Assembly (NCBI GenBank): GCA_047495785.1
Contig: JBLDXI010000042.1
Location: 1,302,001-1,366,000, forward strand
DNA: 64,000 nt
Source: Lepidodermella squamata
Taxonomy: Eukaryota > Animalia > Gastrotricha
Reading direction: 5' to 3'
Under the pieces are notes generated by a model. It was not told the DNA's origin. It ran no database searches and saw nothing but the letters and a program-made list of their open reading frames with translations. Position numbers and translations under genes: made by a program. Position 1 is the first letter of the stretch. Every line of letters starts with the position of its first letter. This document shows, in pieces, positions 38,701-51,392 of this stretch.

Positions 38701-41700
38701 CCTGCTATCTATCACGCGGTGTTCATCATCGACCGAAAAAACCGACGGCCATACAACCCGATGGTCGACCCTTACATCCGTTTTTTCGACGGCTTCAAGC
38801 GGGAGGTCCGAATCAACGATTGTAGTTTGCAAATAGCGCTCGATTATCTGGCTCAGCAGGACCAGGCAAGTCCAGCCGTGCAAGCTCTTACGGAGATCTT
38901 TGAATACTTGGCCGAAGGCGATCCTATCTACGTCGCTCGGTAAGAGTTTAGTGAAAATTCATCTTAAATGTGTTAACATTTTATGTTTCACTAGGTATCT
39001 GCACGTCACCAATAAGGCGGCGATAATTCCAGTCCTATCCACCGTTTCTCCGCTCAACCGCTTCAACTTTTTGTATCACGTCGTGATGACGTTTGGTCGA
39101 ATCGAAGAGGAAGCTACGACCTTTCAGGCTGGTCACCTTCGCGCGGCATTTGTTCGATCGGGCCTCATTCGGGTCAATCCAGAAGGCGAGCCGACCCATC
39201 TTCGTGAAGACGTGAATGCGCTGAAGCGACGAGTTATTCTCGAGATCTTCGCATTCCTGCCAGTTGGTGTGAAGAGATTCGATTTCTACGTCAAAACCCT
39301 GAAATCCATGTTCGAGGAGTTTTTCTTTGGCGATGGAAACACTGACAATCTCTGTCCAACGACTGACTGGGATGCGATCGAACGAGAAGTTGACGAAGAC
39401 ATTGCTCGCACGGAAGCAGAAATGAGGCGATCTGTTCTAGAGGTCACGCATTCGCAACTGCACGACAAGCTGCAACTACCACCTTTGTCTGCTTTCGATA
39501 AGGCTACGCCACAAGAACAGTTGGAATGGGTCCCTAGTCTGCAGCGGCAACGAGGTCAGTCTGATCAGTCATTCCAGGAGCAGCAGGCGGCCTTGGCGTT
39601 CGGAATGAAGACGATCCATCGCTTCCAAAGCAGAGCTAGCTACAAGCATCTCGCACTTGTTGGTCCTCCGGGGGCTGGGAAGACAACGCTGGCGCAGACA
39701 CTTGCTTTGTATGCGATGGCTAAAGGGCTCAGAGTGATGATAACTGCACTGACTTCTGAGCGGGCGCGTGTTCTCGGTGGTCGCCACATCCATTTGCTTT
39801 TCCCGATTCCTGTCAAGGAGAAGCCGTATAGGGAAGTGATGGCGTATGCGGATAATTGCCTCAAAAACCTTTGCTTCAAAACCACACCTTCGGTTATGCT
39901 ATATCGCGTGGATGTATTCATTGTCGAGGAGATTGGCCTTGTGAATGCCGAAACTCTGGATATTTTGGACACTGTCATGAGGAGTCTTACAGGTAAGAAA
40001 ACTAGTATTCAATTATTGTTCACATTTATGGTTTGTATCAGGAGTCGATGCGAAAATGGGTGGCAAATTGGTCATTGCTACAGGCGACTTTGCACAGCTG
40101 GAGACCATTAATGGTGAGAGTTGATTTATCACAATTTTTAGTTCTATGTTTGTTTCTTTATGTTTCAATTTAGGTCGATCATTTTGGGAATCAACGCAGC
40201 TGTACCTCAGCTACGACGTCGCGTTGTTCAAACATTTCGTTCGGGCCGCGACCGACCCGTTGCTTCAGCGAGTGTTGTTAACATTGCGGCAAGCCATTCT
40301 GGATGAGAGCGACCGTGACTTCGTCCTCAAAGCTGTGAATGGCACTTGCATCTTCTACGATTCATGGGACGCTGTTCCCTTTCAAGTTCAGCGAATCGTC
40401 CCAACAAGAGACGCTGAGCAAGAGGTTTGTTAGATATGTCAATGTTGAAGGTCACGCATGCCTTGTTACCAAACAGGTCATTCGGAAGTTCCTGCAAGAC
40501 GCCAGTCTAAGTGGCAAGACTTTGAAAACAGCATTGTGCATCGACGAAGTGAGCACGCGTGGTGCCTGGGAACCTCTCCACCGTCCTGAATGGAAAAAAG
40601 CTATCAACAAACAATCGCTCAAGCCTGAGAGCCTAACCCTGTTTGTTGGTGCCGTGGTTGCTATGACCTACAACCACGTAGCGTCGAACCCGCAACACTC
40701 ATTCTCTCAAGGACAGCTGGCTCTGGTCACGCAGCTGCCGGAAGACATGGATGCACCGGATGCCAAAATTGCTGTCCGGCTAGTGCCTCCAGGGGTGCGT
40801 GATATTGCACCAGATGAAGCTTGGCCTGTGATAAATGTGGGCCGCCATCGGGACGATAATATTGTTGTAGGCGACAACAAAACGCACCTGCGTCGTGTTC
40901 AGTTTCCGCTGCGGCATTACATTGCCTCGACTATTCATCGTGAGTGCTAACCTTGTTATTTCTATTTAAGTAGATGAAGACCTTACTTTTTTCAGGAATC
41001 ATGGGTTCCACCTGCGAGAACGGTGTTGCAGCCAAAATTGCCTCCAACGAGAAGGTAAGTATTGATAATAATAACTGTGGATATTGAATGTTCAATGTAC
41101 TGTAATGAAGGGCTACGTGCTATGGGAACGAGCGCAGCTTGCTGTGATTCTCTCACGGTGCCGTTCACTTGACCGTGTCTCATTTGTTGGCGAACGCGCA
41201 GACATCACTCTGGCCATCGAAAGACTGTTGATGGCAGTTGATGAGCCATACGAGGCTATTGTCGCATCGCTGCAAACGCTGGACGTGCTGTCTAATTCAA
41301 TAGTCGCCAGTAACTGGTCAGCCGGCCGACAGCAGCAGGTCAGCGTCCCCGACGAACTGCCTGACATCACGTTCCGCGTTTTACGAACAACTTCCGGGTT
41401 AGTCCACTTGTTTCGTGTTATTTATAGTCAAATAGATAATTGCGTATGTCCCATTATATCGAGCCTTGGCAGTTCCTATTTCTATAACCATATAATAAGT
41501 CGAATGTTTTCAAGAAACATTTTTCTCTTAGATCATTCACGATCGAGCAGATTGGTGATGGTCAACCTTGTATGCCATTGTAAGTTTGGCATTGTTCATC
41601 TGCTTTTTATACTATTCTTACTTTCTTCATAGGCCTTCAGCCGCTGAGCAGGCAAGCTCTTCCGATGTGCCTCGGTTAGTAAAACCTATCCATTCCGTTT

Positions 41701-43402
41701 CATTGCTTAAATTTCTTCTAAATTTAACAGAGTGCCGCCATTGTTAGACTTTTACCGCGTGGTCGGTCCTGATTTGTCGGAACGCGAGCCTAATGGCTTC
41801 GTCTACCAATTGGTGGAGGTGGCTCAGCCATGGGCCAGCTACTGCGGCGAAACTACGCATGCGCCTCTAAAGCGACTTTACGAGCACAATCACAGTAAAT
41901 ACAAGAGAGACTAAAATGAATCAAACTACTGAAATTTCATTTCAGATGCAGGGGCCGCGATGACTCGCGGCAAGCAATGGTACTTGTACACCGTCGCTCG
42001 TGGTTTGCCTGATGACGACACCAGGTTGCGCCTGGAGAAAAGGTGTCAGGACCTTATCACAGCGCAACCTCAGCTGTTGCCATGGCAAGTCAGAGCTAAA
42101 TTCGAATGTTACGTCGACGAAATAAATGCTCGGCTTCAATTGTGCGGCGATCCGATAGCGGTGATCCGATACGGTCAGTTGGATGAGGCGAAAGTTCGCC
42201 GCCTGCAATTCATCTCCTTGTGAGTCACCTGATGGATTTAATTCTTTTTAGTTAATACGTTCACTTTTTCAGCACATCGGAAATTCGGACAGCGCCGGCG
42301 CCACCGCCAGCGCAAGAAGAAGCAAGTGAACTCATCGACCAAGACCTCCCCTCAACTCCTAACCCTCAGCCTGTCACTCTTCCTGGGACATCAAACCCAT
42401 CTGCCAGCCGACGACCATTGAATCCTGGTGCGATTTTACCAGCAGCGCCTCGTGTGGTTACAGGTCTATTTGAATCAATCGGCCCTACCCATTTTGAGGA
42501 TGAACCATTTGGATTTGTGTACCATATCGTTTCGCTCAGCCGACCTTGGCACAGCTATTACGGAGAAACCACGTATTCCCCGATCAAACGCTTGTCTGAA
42601 CACAATAACAGTATGATGTTAATGTAAGTTATATCTCTCTTCATTATCCGTCTTTTAATTAGATGCGGGGGCTGTCATGACTCGTGGCGACCAGTGGCTG
42701 CTCTACGCAGTCGTCTCCCAGCTGTCAAGTCGGCGAGAGCGGATGTATCTCGAGGCAGAAATGCATCGAATACTTCGCCGGTATCCCCGAATTTTGCCAT
42801 GGCAATTGCGAGCGCGACTATTCAACGTCGTGGCCAACTGGCAAATGTACAACCGGAGTGCCGCAGTTGTCATCCACATGAGTGACCTCAATGAAGGCGA
42901 AGTTCGGCGACGCCTTACAGCTCGAGCAGCGTTAAGGAATGGTGATCTGCCAGGTTTGTGCCGAAAGCTATTTATATTTTTTATCACTGAACTTACTGTT
43001 TACGTTTGTTAACCCAAATGAAGAGAGCGATTTCCTTGATGGCATTAATCGCCCGGTTGGTTGCGTTACAACCGGGGATCCAAACGCGCCAGGTGAATTT
43101 ATTAACTGTCAAATTATTTACTTATTTTTTATTTGTAAACAGCTGATTGTCCGCCAGAACTTTTCCAAATGCCACTTACCCTCGCGGATGTCTTGTCGCT
43201 GCAACCGGCGCCCATTCCGCGGCAACGCCAACCTCAGCCGCTAATTCTACCAGTGCAGGAAGACAGGTGCCACTGTGGCGAGGAGATTTTCGGAGCGTGC
43301 TGCTGCGCTTACCATCAGGCGCACTTTCCGCAGCTGCTATGCCACGACCACTTCATGGCCAGCCAGTGCAGCGCTCCGCAGGAGGAAAACACGCAAGCAT
43401 AA
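29799..43402 (+). CDS. Multi-exon RepHel transposase B: Cys/His fingers + HUH/Y2 Rep + Pif1-like helicase + two GIY-YIG domains + C-terminal Cys/His finger
   Basis: Same Rep and helicase motifs as A; about 25 introns by manual splicing; ends RCHCGEEIFGACCCAYHQAHFPQLLCHDHFMASQC...stop at 43402. Confidence 0.85.
34971..37140 (+). repeat. 181-bp satellite array, ~12 units, inside intron 34887-37222 of the Rep domain
   Basis: Identical ORF fragments recur every 181 bp; the equivalent intron in A is only 122 bp. Confidence 0.98.
41731..42217 (+). CDS. GIY-YIG domain 1 of element B
   Basis: GFVYQL...SYCGET...LKRLYEHN|DAGAAMTRGKQW...LE. Confidence 0.75.
42460..42953 (+). CDS. GIY-YIG domain 2 of element B
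   Basis: GFVYHI...SYYGET...IKRLSEHN|DAGAVMTRGDQW...LE, with the intron at the same position as in domain 1. Confidence 0.75.
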
Positions 43403-43422
43403 ATCTTCCAAACAAGTCGCTA

Positions 43423-43506
43423 CTAATGGTGTCATCATTAGGGCTAATGGTGTCATCATTAGGGCTAATGGTGTCATCATTAGGGCTAATGGTGTCATCA
43501 TTAGGG
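43423..43506 (+). repeat. 21-bp minisatellite x4 (CTAATGGTGTCATCATTAGGG)
   Basis: Four exact units just after the stop codon of gene B. Confidence 0.95.
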
Positions 43507-43845
43507 CCCGGTATCGCCCCTATCCGGGGTCACAACTACCTCGCGTATTTGTTGACCACCACCGAGTAGACACACCCCGGTGCATGTCTATGAAGGGAGG
43601 GGCCCTTTCTTAAAAAAAATTAACTTCCCTTATTAACAGTATTCATTCATTCATTTAATTCTACTTACAAATTTATATCTATGTGCATCCTCTTTTCCTT
43701 TTTTAATCTGTTATCACATGTCATCGATTAGATTATTTTTTGCTTTGTTCCCTGCCTTATTTTAATGCTGTCAACAACTCTCGTGAAGAGTAAGCCCTAT
43801 GGTTCTTGCATTCCCTTGCATTCTCTTCCATTCTCTTATTTTCAG

Positions 43846-44567
43846 AGAAGCGAAACAAAGGGACATTCGTATTGTCCCCAGAAGAACTTCCGGGACTTCT
43901 GGGCGAATTAATTAATGGTTATACTATATTGCTGCCTATTATTTCTGTCTTTAATCATTATTGTATTTCTTTCTTTCTGTCTTCAACAACAGCTTGCTGC
44001 AGAAGAAGCGCGCTAAGCCGCCTGAGCCCGCCTATTTTCGAACGTGAAGAACGCATTAGCGTATGGAATAGGTTAGGGCCTTACAGCGGCTTTCCAACTT
44101 CGCTTGGCGTTGAAACCGGTTTGAAATAATTGTCTTAATAATGAGGAGTGGTTCGCATGATAATTTTTTCACAGATACAAGAGGAGCCGCTGATGCAACA
44201 CATGGTTACACTTCCTTTTTTTCAAATATTAGTTTCACTATTTCATGCCATTCAGTGAGTTCAGAAAGTGCAGCTAATCAAGAAGGTTGTTAGTTCTATG
44301 TTCATTTTCCAATTTCCAATAATCATTTGTGAACAAAATTTAGAATCGAGCGCTCCGAAATATCGACGCCGAAGAAGAAGAAGAACGTCGAAGAAGATCA
44401 AGCAGCAGCCGACGCAGGAGCAGCAACAGCAACTGATGCCCAAGCATAAGCAACTGCAGCAAAGGCAACTGATGCCCAAGCAGAAGCAACTGCAGCAAAT
44501 GCAACTGATACAGAAGCAGAAGCAGCGGAAGCACCAACGCCATTACCAACAGCAGCGGCCGAATGAT
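43846..44567 (+). pseudogene. Possible small spliced accessory gene or remnant inside element B (Ala/Thr/Glu-rich 3' exon)
   Basis: Short exon-like blocks flanked by AG/GT; last block reads EDQAAADAGAATATDAQA*ATAAKATDAQAEATAA, where TAA replaces the GAA of the neighbouring repeat. Confidence 0.3.
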
Positions 44568-45527
44568 TGGCAACAAACGATTAACATACAGAAATGTGTT
44601 ATCGTCGTGAGGAAATAACATGTTCTCGTAACTGTTCTCTTAACTGCCGTTGAAGAAGAAGAGAGGTCCGAATCAACGATAAATAAATGTCATCTTATTG
44701 TTACCCTGATTGTTTTTTGCAAGAAATTCTTCAACCTTCGGAACTAAACATGGTCGCAGTTTCGAACCCGATCTCTCGTCTTTTTGCCAATTTTATTCCC
44801 CAACCTTCATTTTTCCGTTCTTTGCTACTCAATTGTTACCCGATTGTGCAATTTCAAATGTCATCAACATTGGGGTGAGGGGGAAACATCATCCCCTCCA
44901 ATGACGTGGAGGGGATCTCGCAGGGGTGGTTACACATCTTACGCCGTGCGCAGCACCCAGGAGAGTAGAGAGAAAGAAAGAAAAAGGCTAGCGCAGCGTC
45001 AGCCTTGTGGAACTCTCCTGGATGAGAGGCGCGACCGTAGGTTTTCCCGAGACGATAGTCTCAAATGTCAAATTTATATACGCCATTCATTGTGGGAATC
45101 CACCATAGGGTATTTCACGCGTCGAAAGCTACTCAAATGTTAAGCCAAGTATGTCGCACAACCTTGAGCTTGGTGTCATTCGATAGCCCTTGCTCTAGAA
45201 CCTCCCAGAATAATTAGTTGATTAGATCGGATGATTTTTCGAATTATGGCAAATTTTAAACTGATTTCCGATAAATCGATCGATTAAAAAAACTGCATAA
45301 AAAATGGTCCATTCAACAGGAGGATCATGGTGATATCATAAAAAATGCTACGAAAAGGAAAAAATGAAGTCACCCTCGGCCTCTCCCCAAGGCTTGGGGG
45401 AGGCCATAGTCGCTTATCAAATTAATTTTCATTTTTCATTTAACACTTGAAAGTGCGCTGGTGGAAACACTCTGAAACACTCTCTGATGACGATTTTCGG
45501 AAAAGAGCACATTTTTTAAACGGAATG

Positions 45528-45945
45528 TCTATTCGTACATAGTATGTACGCGAAAATTGCTATTCGTACATAGTTTCGATATGCTTTTTTCTAAGATTAA
45601 CAACTTGCTCAATTTTCATCCCATCAATCTAATTTTGTGCGTGCTGATAGCTGACCATCAGGCCTATCTCCCCTCAAAAAATCACCATTGGACCCCCTAA
45701 GGTAGATTCGCAAAATGGCATTATTTGAATTGTTTTTCACGACCCTAGCGTGAATACTTTGGAAGATAATCTGACGAAATTTGACCACTAGATAGGCCTC
45801 ACTTTGCTGCATCTCCCTGTGAAATTCCATGGTATCATCGTCAAATCTCGAATTTCCACACCCATTTGAATAACTCTGAAAAATCGCGCAAAACTATGTA
45901 CGAATAGCAATTTTCGCGTACATAGTTATGTATGAATAGCTTGAC
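45528..45945. mobile_element. MITE-like element with ~45-bp terminal inverted repeats
   Basis: CTATTCGTACATAGTATGTACGCGAAAATTGCTATTCGTACATAGTTT vs AAACTATGTACGAATAGCAATTTTCGCGTACATAGTTATGTATGAATAG; TSD not resolved. Confidence 0.7.
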
Positions 45946-46367
45946 CCTTTTTTAAATTTTGGGACAAAATGCTCTAAAATTATCATAGAGAAAAGATGGA
46001 AATCAATCGAATTTTTCGATTTGCATAAAATCTATCAATGATTGGACTAGTTCATCAGCTCAAGACTGCAATTTATTGCTATTTCGTCATCATGATAAGT
46101 AAGAAATTCAAAGAAATGTAAGAAATTCAGCTGAGGTGGTCCAAGTGACGAGAATAAGGGTTTTCCGAACCAATCTTCTGCAAAGCTATCGATTCTCTTG
46201 TGAATCAACATGAACAGGCATTTCTGTGGAGACACATTCTCGTACTTCAAGAGTTATATTTTCACTCGCGCCGCTCCGCGGCACTCGCTGTTTAGCTCTA
46301 TCCTTTACCCACTTCAATAGGACATAGGAAATAGGATTCTGTGAATATCCACGCCCGTAATCTTATA

Positions 46368-46483
46368 CAGGGTGTTCACGTAATAATACTCTTCTAAAAA
46401 TAGCTTTGCTACTTTTTGCATGCATTTTAGCTTTTTTGTAGCTATTTTTAGCTCGCTCAGAGTATTATCACGCGAACGCCCTG
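46368..46483. mobile_element. Tc1/mariner-type MITE (116 bp)
   Basis: TA|CAGGGTGTTCACGTAATAATACTCT...AGAGTATTATCACGCGAACGCCCTG|TA: imperfect 25-bp TIR with TA TSD. Confidence 0.8.
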
Positions 46484-46832
46484 TAGTTCTCTTTCACGGG
46501 AGGGGGTCTTAGTGCCCCTGCCTTGAGGGAGGGGCTGCAGGGTTGGTTATTAGAGCACCCAACAATCAAATCAAACAGAAACAAAACCCCTCACAAATTT
46601 GCTTCTAGCAAGGTCGTTTCTGGATAGATTTCATAGATAGATCGATAGATTTCAATCAAACTCTGTTTGGCAATGCCGCGACATCACGCTTTTACTGTAG
46701 TATTATCAGCAAAAATAATAATAATAAAGGCTATAATCAAAGGTCACAAGTAAAACGTCGTAATTGAAGTTATGATATTTAGGGAAATTAGTTTCGCCTG
46801 TTTTTAATAACTGATTATCGGGGTTTCCTTCA

Positions 46833-47792
46833 TCAGCTGATGTAACAGGTTTCGATTCCCGTCAAGCCATAACACATACCCGGAGAGAATGTTACAGGAA
46901 CCTTAGCTAGAAGGGCACAGCATTCCGCAAACGTTGCAGCTGCATAAGTGGAGCCGGATGTGAGTGCCTGTATAAACCAAAACGTTTCGGTAATTTTAAA
47001 ATGCTGGAAACCAATGTTTCACCAATGTTTGGGTGACTTGAACAGTAGTATCATCGCTCCCGGTGTGAGGGAAATTCAGGCAAGCGGAAAAGCCACCACC
47101 ACTGGTGCTCCTACCAAAGATGACGTAGGGCTTAGAAGTAGCAGCTGCAACACATGCCGTAACTGCCGCCCGGCCATCTGCCTGCTGCGGAATGACGCTG
47201 TACTTGATATCGGTCGAAGGTGTCAAAGCAGCGCAGCATTCCTTAAAAGTTGGATACGTTGTCGCGCTAGCCTGAAGAAATTTCAACAATAAAAATGATA
47301 TGAATTGCAATCACAGCAGTAAGCTCACAGCGACTCCACCGTCTATGTATTCACTGCATTCTACTGCGAGTGAGGTGCAGAACTGAACATTGGTCTTTTG
47401 AACACCAGCGGCGCCTGTAGTAGCCAGTATTTTGCACAACTTGAATGCTGGCTATAGAAAAGGTTTTTAAATTTCCGTGATTCCTGTTCATGAGCATGAC
47501 TTACTGCTGCTGGGCAGACCGTGGGCGCGAGGCAGCTCTGGCCGCTTGGGCATGGATTGGTCGTACTTAGGCAGCTCTGACCGGTTGCGCAAGTAGCTGC
47601 TGCGGCGAGGCAACTTTGACCGCTTGGGCATGGGTTATTCGTGGTGAGACAACTCTGGCCATTCGGACAAGTCGCAGATGAACTATCGGATCTTGCGGAA
47701 GTCGTTGGACAGGGCGTTGTAGTTGTCGAAGGTGGGCAGGCTGTGACTACGCCACAAGCAGTGATGAGAATCGCTAGAATTAAATATTCCAT
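46833..47792 (-). CDS. Secreted Cys/Thr-rich protein, paralog 1 (4 exons)
   Basis: Signal peptide MEYLILAILITACGVVTA, four 13-aa CxxGQSC repeats, two TFxECCA motifs; exon structure mirrors 51538-52508. Confidence 0.8.
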
Positions 47793-50767
47793 TGATAATA
47801 AAAAAGGAGGGTTTCAAAACTAAATCAATAATTCATCAATAATATTATATGATGTTGAAGAGCAATCTGCTGAGCCTAGTCCTGGGCATCTAGAGTAACA
47901 TATGCGGAAAAGACACTTGAAAAGATAGAATACGTATTTAATGTTCTGCCAGAAACGAAGATACAACTTGTAAATAATCTGCCGGAATTTACATTCTCTA
48001 CGAAGTGGCTTAATTCAGGTTGCTTTTATAGCCGAAGCCCGTAGCGCTCCTCCATTACTGGATGAACTCGGTGCACCTGATGAAAGCCGATATGCGGTGT
48101 CCAAATGATATTTTATATTTTTTTTCCTCAATTTTTAATTTTCTGAGCTGTGGTTTGAACACAGGGTCGGTTCTGCGAGCATACGCCATCGTCCGGCGGC
48201 GTGATGCGCACACAAATGAACGTTTAAACGATGTTCGTTAATTACCTTTGAGCATCAATTGACTCTTTCTCACAAAAACTGTCAAAAAACTTCGCAACTT
48301 GGAACGACTGGGTACATTCTAATGCTCGCGGCGATGACTTGTGGGTAAAAAGTGTTTTGTCAGCCGGTTGGTTTAATGTTTCTTTACACGTAGCCTTACA
48401 CGTTAAAAAATGCGAACCCTGTGCGCAGCTAAACGAGCCGATGGGGTTCAGAGAGCGGTGAGTTCAATTTCACTGCGGCTAGCAAGAAGCTGCAGTAATT
48501 TCACGTTGGTCCTTTCGAGAAAATGATTATAATATGACCAAAAATAAGTGATAAGTAGGGTTTGGCGAAATTTTCGACATAGTGAGATTTTGATGCTACT
48601 CTCAAGATCTATTAACGAAGAGTCGAACGGTATAAGAAAGGGGTTGATATTGATCAGGGTTGCTGAGAAAAAGACCCTAAAATAAATCGAGCGCTCTTTT
48701 TTTATTGAACAGATTTTTTTAAATAAAATTCTGCTCATGATTCTGCTCATGATGTTATACTCCTAAACTTGCACTACTTGCACTTGGACTTGACTGTCTT
48801 ATTTTGATAGGTTTTTATTGAGTAATTATGCTTCCGTATCAGCGAGGAAAGTAGGCCTGCCAGGGACGCGGTTTACCTCGATGAACCTCGATGTCTGGAG
48901 TGCATAAAATATTTACTTTTTTTTTATTAATTAGCAGAGAACATAAAACACGCTTCCAGCGTCCACTGACTCTTTGTCACAATAATTGTCAAAAACTTGC
49001 TCAACTTGCGAAATAATTGGATAGATTCATTTACATGATAAAACGACTCATCTCTGCCATGATCATGGCTCGGTGTGATGGGTTCGCGGCGATGGCAAAA
49101 AGTGTTTTGTCGGCCGGTTCGTTTTGTCTGAACAAGTTTAGCCACACGAAGCCATGAGCATGCATTCGTGGACAAATTAAAAGGGCAAATTTCGACCGCA
49201 GCTAAACGAGCCGAGGGATTTCAGATGGGAGGATTTCATTTCTCCATGGCCAACTATTGCAAGTATTGCAATGTCAAGAACAAATTCACGAAGCAACTGC
49301 AGTCAAGACACGCAGAAATGAAGCCTCAGCAGCTGTCTTAGAAGCAAAAAGTCTTGATTTAGGCCGATTTTTGATTATTTGATTTACAAAGTGTTTGGGG
49401 TGGTTTAATTTGATTCTGATTTAGCACCCTTGATTTACTGCTGATTTTGAGTATTCCAGAATCTCGGAATTCCTTCTGCAGCCATTAAACCACTTTTAGA
49501 CCTGCCCCGGCAAAGCCAACATTCAAATTTGATCGTGCTTTCGAGAGTTGGTGCGAATTGCCTGAAAAAGGCGAAGGAGTAAGCCAGTTCGCTGAAACCG
49601 GCTGGATTATTGGCATCGGAATGACCAACAGCCATTGAATTCTCGACGAACTGTGCCGACGTTGCAGCAGCTCATGATAGAAAGATTTCTGGGATTTAAT
49701 TTGAAATTATTGATTTAAGAAGAGCTGTGATTTACAGAAGAGATAAAATCAAAGTCACTGCATGGTAGCCTCGCTGAGAAATCAGTCTCTTCTTATCGCT
49801 GAACTTCTACATCAGCGGAATACCACGACCCGCAGGTAAAACCTGATCTGTATCGTGACAGCTGCCAGCAAGAAATGTCAACGACCTCGTTTTCTGCCCC
49901 TTTTTGTCAAACCTTTTTTCACATGAAATTCCACATTTAAGTAAAATTTAGATTTTCGCGATTTTCGCTGCTGTTGTGACTTTCTAAGATTCTCAAGAAA
50001 GTGAGAATTGCATTCAAGGTGACAATCTTCTCACACACAGTGGCTGCCACGTCAAGAGTTGAAGTAGTAAAATTCATATGCCTATGTGTGGCGCACAACC
50101 TTGGCGTGGTAGTTGGTAGTAGTTGTTTCGTTTACGCAAAATTTACTACTACGAAATCATAATGAGCTTTAACGTGACTGGAATTGAACTCTCCGCATGA
50201 AATCATTCAGCCTTTTCCGAAAAGCCCGAAACCTCAGACGACCATTATAATAAACGATGGTGATAAAATGATGCGGATAAATATGAGCCCGGAGAACCTC
50301 GTAGTTATGGAATGGCAAGGCATTGAAAAATTGTTTACGCATTGTGCAATTGGTAGCCTTCAGCATTTCAAACGGTATGATGGCGCCATCCTTTATCGGA
50401 TGGATCTTCTATGATCAATCCTCGCAAAGGGTTTTTTCTGGTAATAGAAATGCTTGAAAGGAATCGATATCCTCAAAGCTCAAAGCTCAAATCCAATATT
50501 CCACATTTATTTCAAGTAGCTACTTAATCAGAGGATTCAACTGTCAGAGTGAAATATCTGCAGCTAGTTTGTTCCGCTCAATCCTCTTCTGGAACCAAAG
50601 TTGTTAATCCCCGATGTCTTTCTTTGTACATAGCCGAGTGTTGCTAGTATCGGAAGAATGGCTGGGCGGAGCAAGCGACAGTAAAATACCGGGAAATTTC
50701 AGAATCGAAACATCGTTAATATTATTTATATTTTTTTTATGGCAACATATAATCAGGAACAACACAT

Positions 50768-50790
50768 AATATATATATATATATATATAT
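50768..50790. repeat. (AT)n microsatellite
   Basis: ATATATATATATATATATATAT. Confidence 0.9.
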
Positions 50791-51384
50791 GTTTGCCAAC
50801 TTGAGTTTGTGACTACTGTTGCTCAGGACTGCAAAGGAGCGTGAAATTTTGTGAAATCTCAATTTGGATATTTTACTTATCATTTTCTCGAAAGGACCAA
50901 CATGATATTACTGCAGCTTCTTGCTAGCCGCAGTGAAATTAAACTCACCGCTCTCTGAACCCCACCGGCTCGTTTAGCTGCGCACAGGGTTCGCATTTTT
51001 TAACGTGTAAGGCTACGTGTAAGGAAACATTAAACATTAAACCAACCGGCTGACAAAACACTTTTTACCACCAAGTCATCGCCGCGAGCTCATTAGAACC
51101 CAGTCGTTCAAAGTTGCGAAGTTTTTTGACAGTTCATGTGAGAAAGAGTCAATGAATGCTCGATGCGTGTTGCATTATCATAGGTAATTAACGAACATCG
51201 TTTAAACGTTCATTTGTGTGCGCATAACGCGGCCGGACGATGGCGTATGCTCGCAGAATCGACCCTGTGTTCAAAACACTGCTCAGAAAATTAAGTGAGG
51301 AAAAAAATAAGATATCATCGCACATCGGCTTTCATCAGGCGCACCGAGTTCATCAAGTAATGGAGGAGCGCTACGAGCTTCGGC

Positions 51385-51392
51385 TATAAAAG
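51385..51392 (+). promoter_or_regulatory. Probable TATA box of Cys-rich paralog 2
   Basis: TATAAAAG ~150 bp upstream of the ATG, conserved on the minus strand at ~48023-48030 for paralog 1 and again at ~53821. Confidence 0.55.

Larger units (their letters stand above)
27437..45406 (+). mobile_element. Autonomous-type Helitron-like element B (~18 kb)
   Basis: Paralogous gene, 5' region homologous to that of A (~27790-28575 vs ~12500-13406), terminal module 44861-45406 after which cluster homology stops. Confidence 0.75.

Noticed and set aside
44268-44618. Poly-Q/Arg-rich ORF as a protein
   Set aside because: Begins in intron-like AT-rich sequence and is an alternative frame of a low-complexity repeat.
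49430-50440. Exon-like stretches in the spacer between the inverted genes
   Set aside because: No recognisable motif and no consistent spliced frame.
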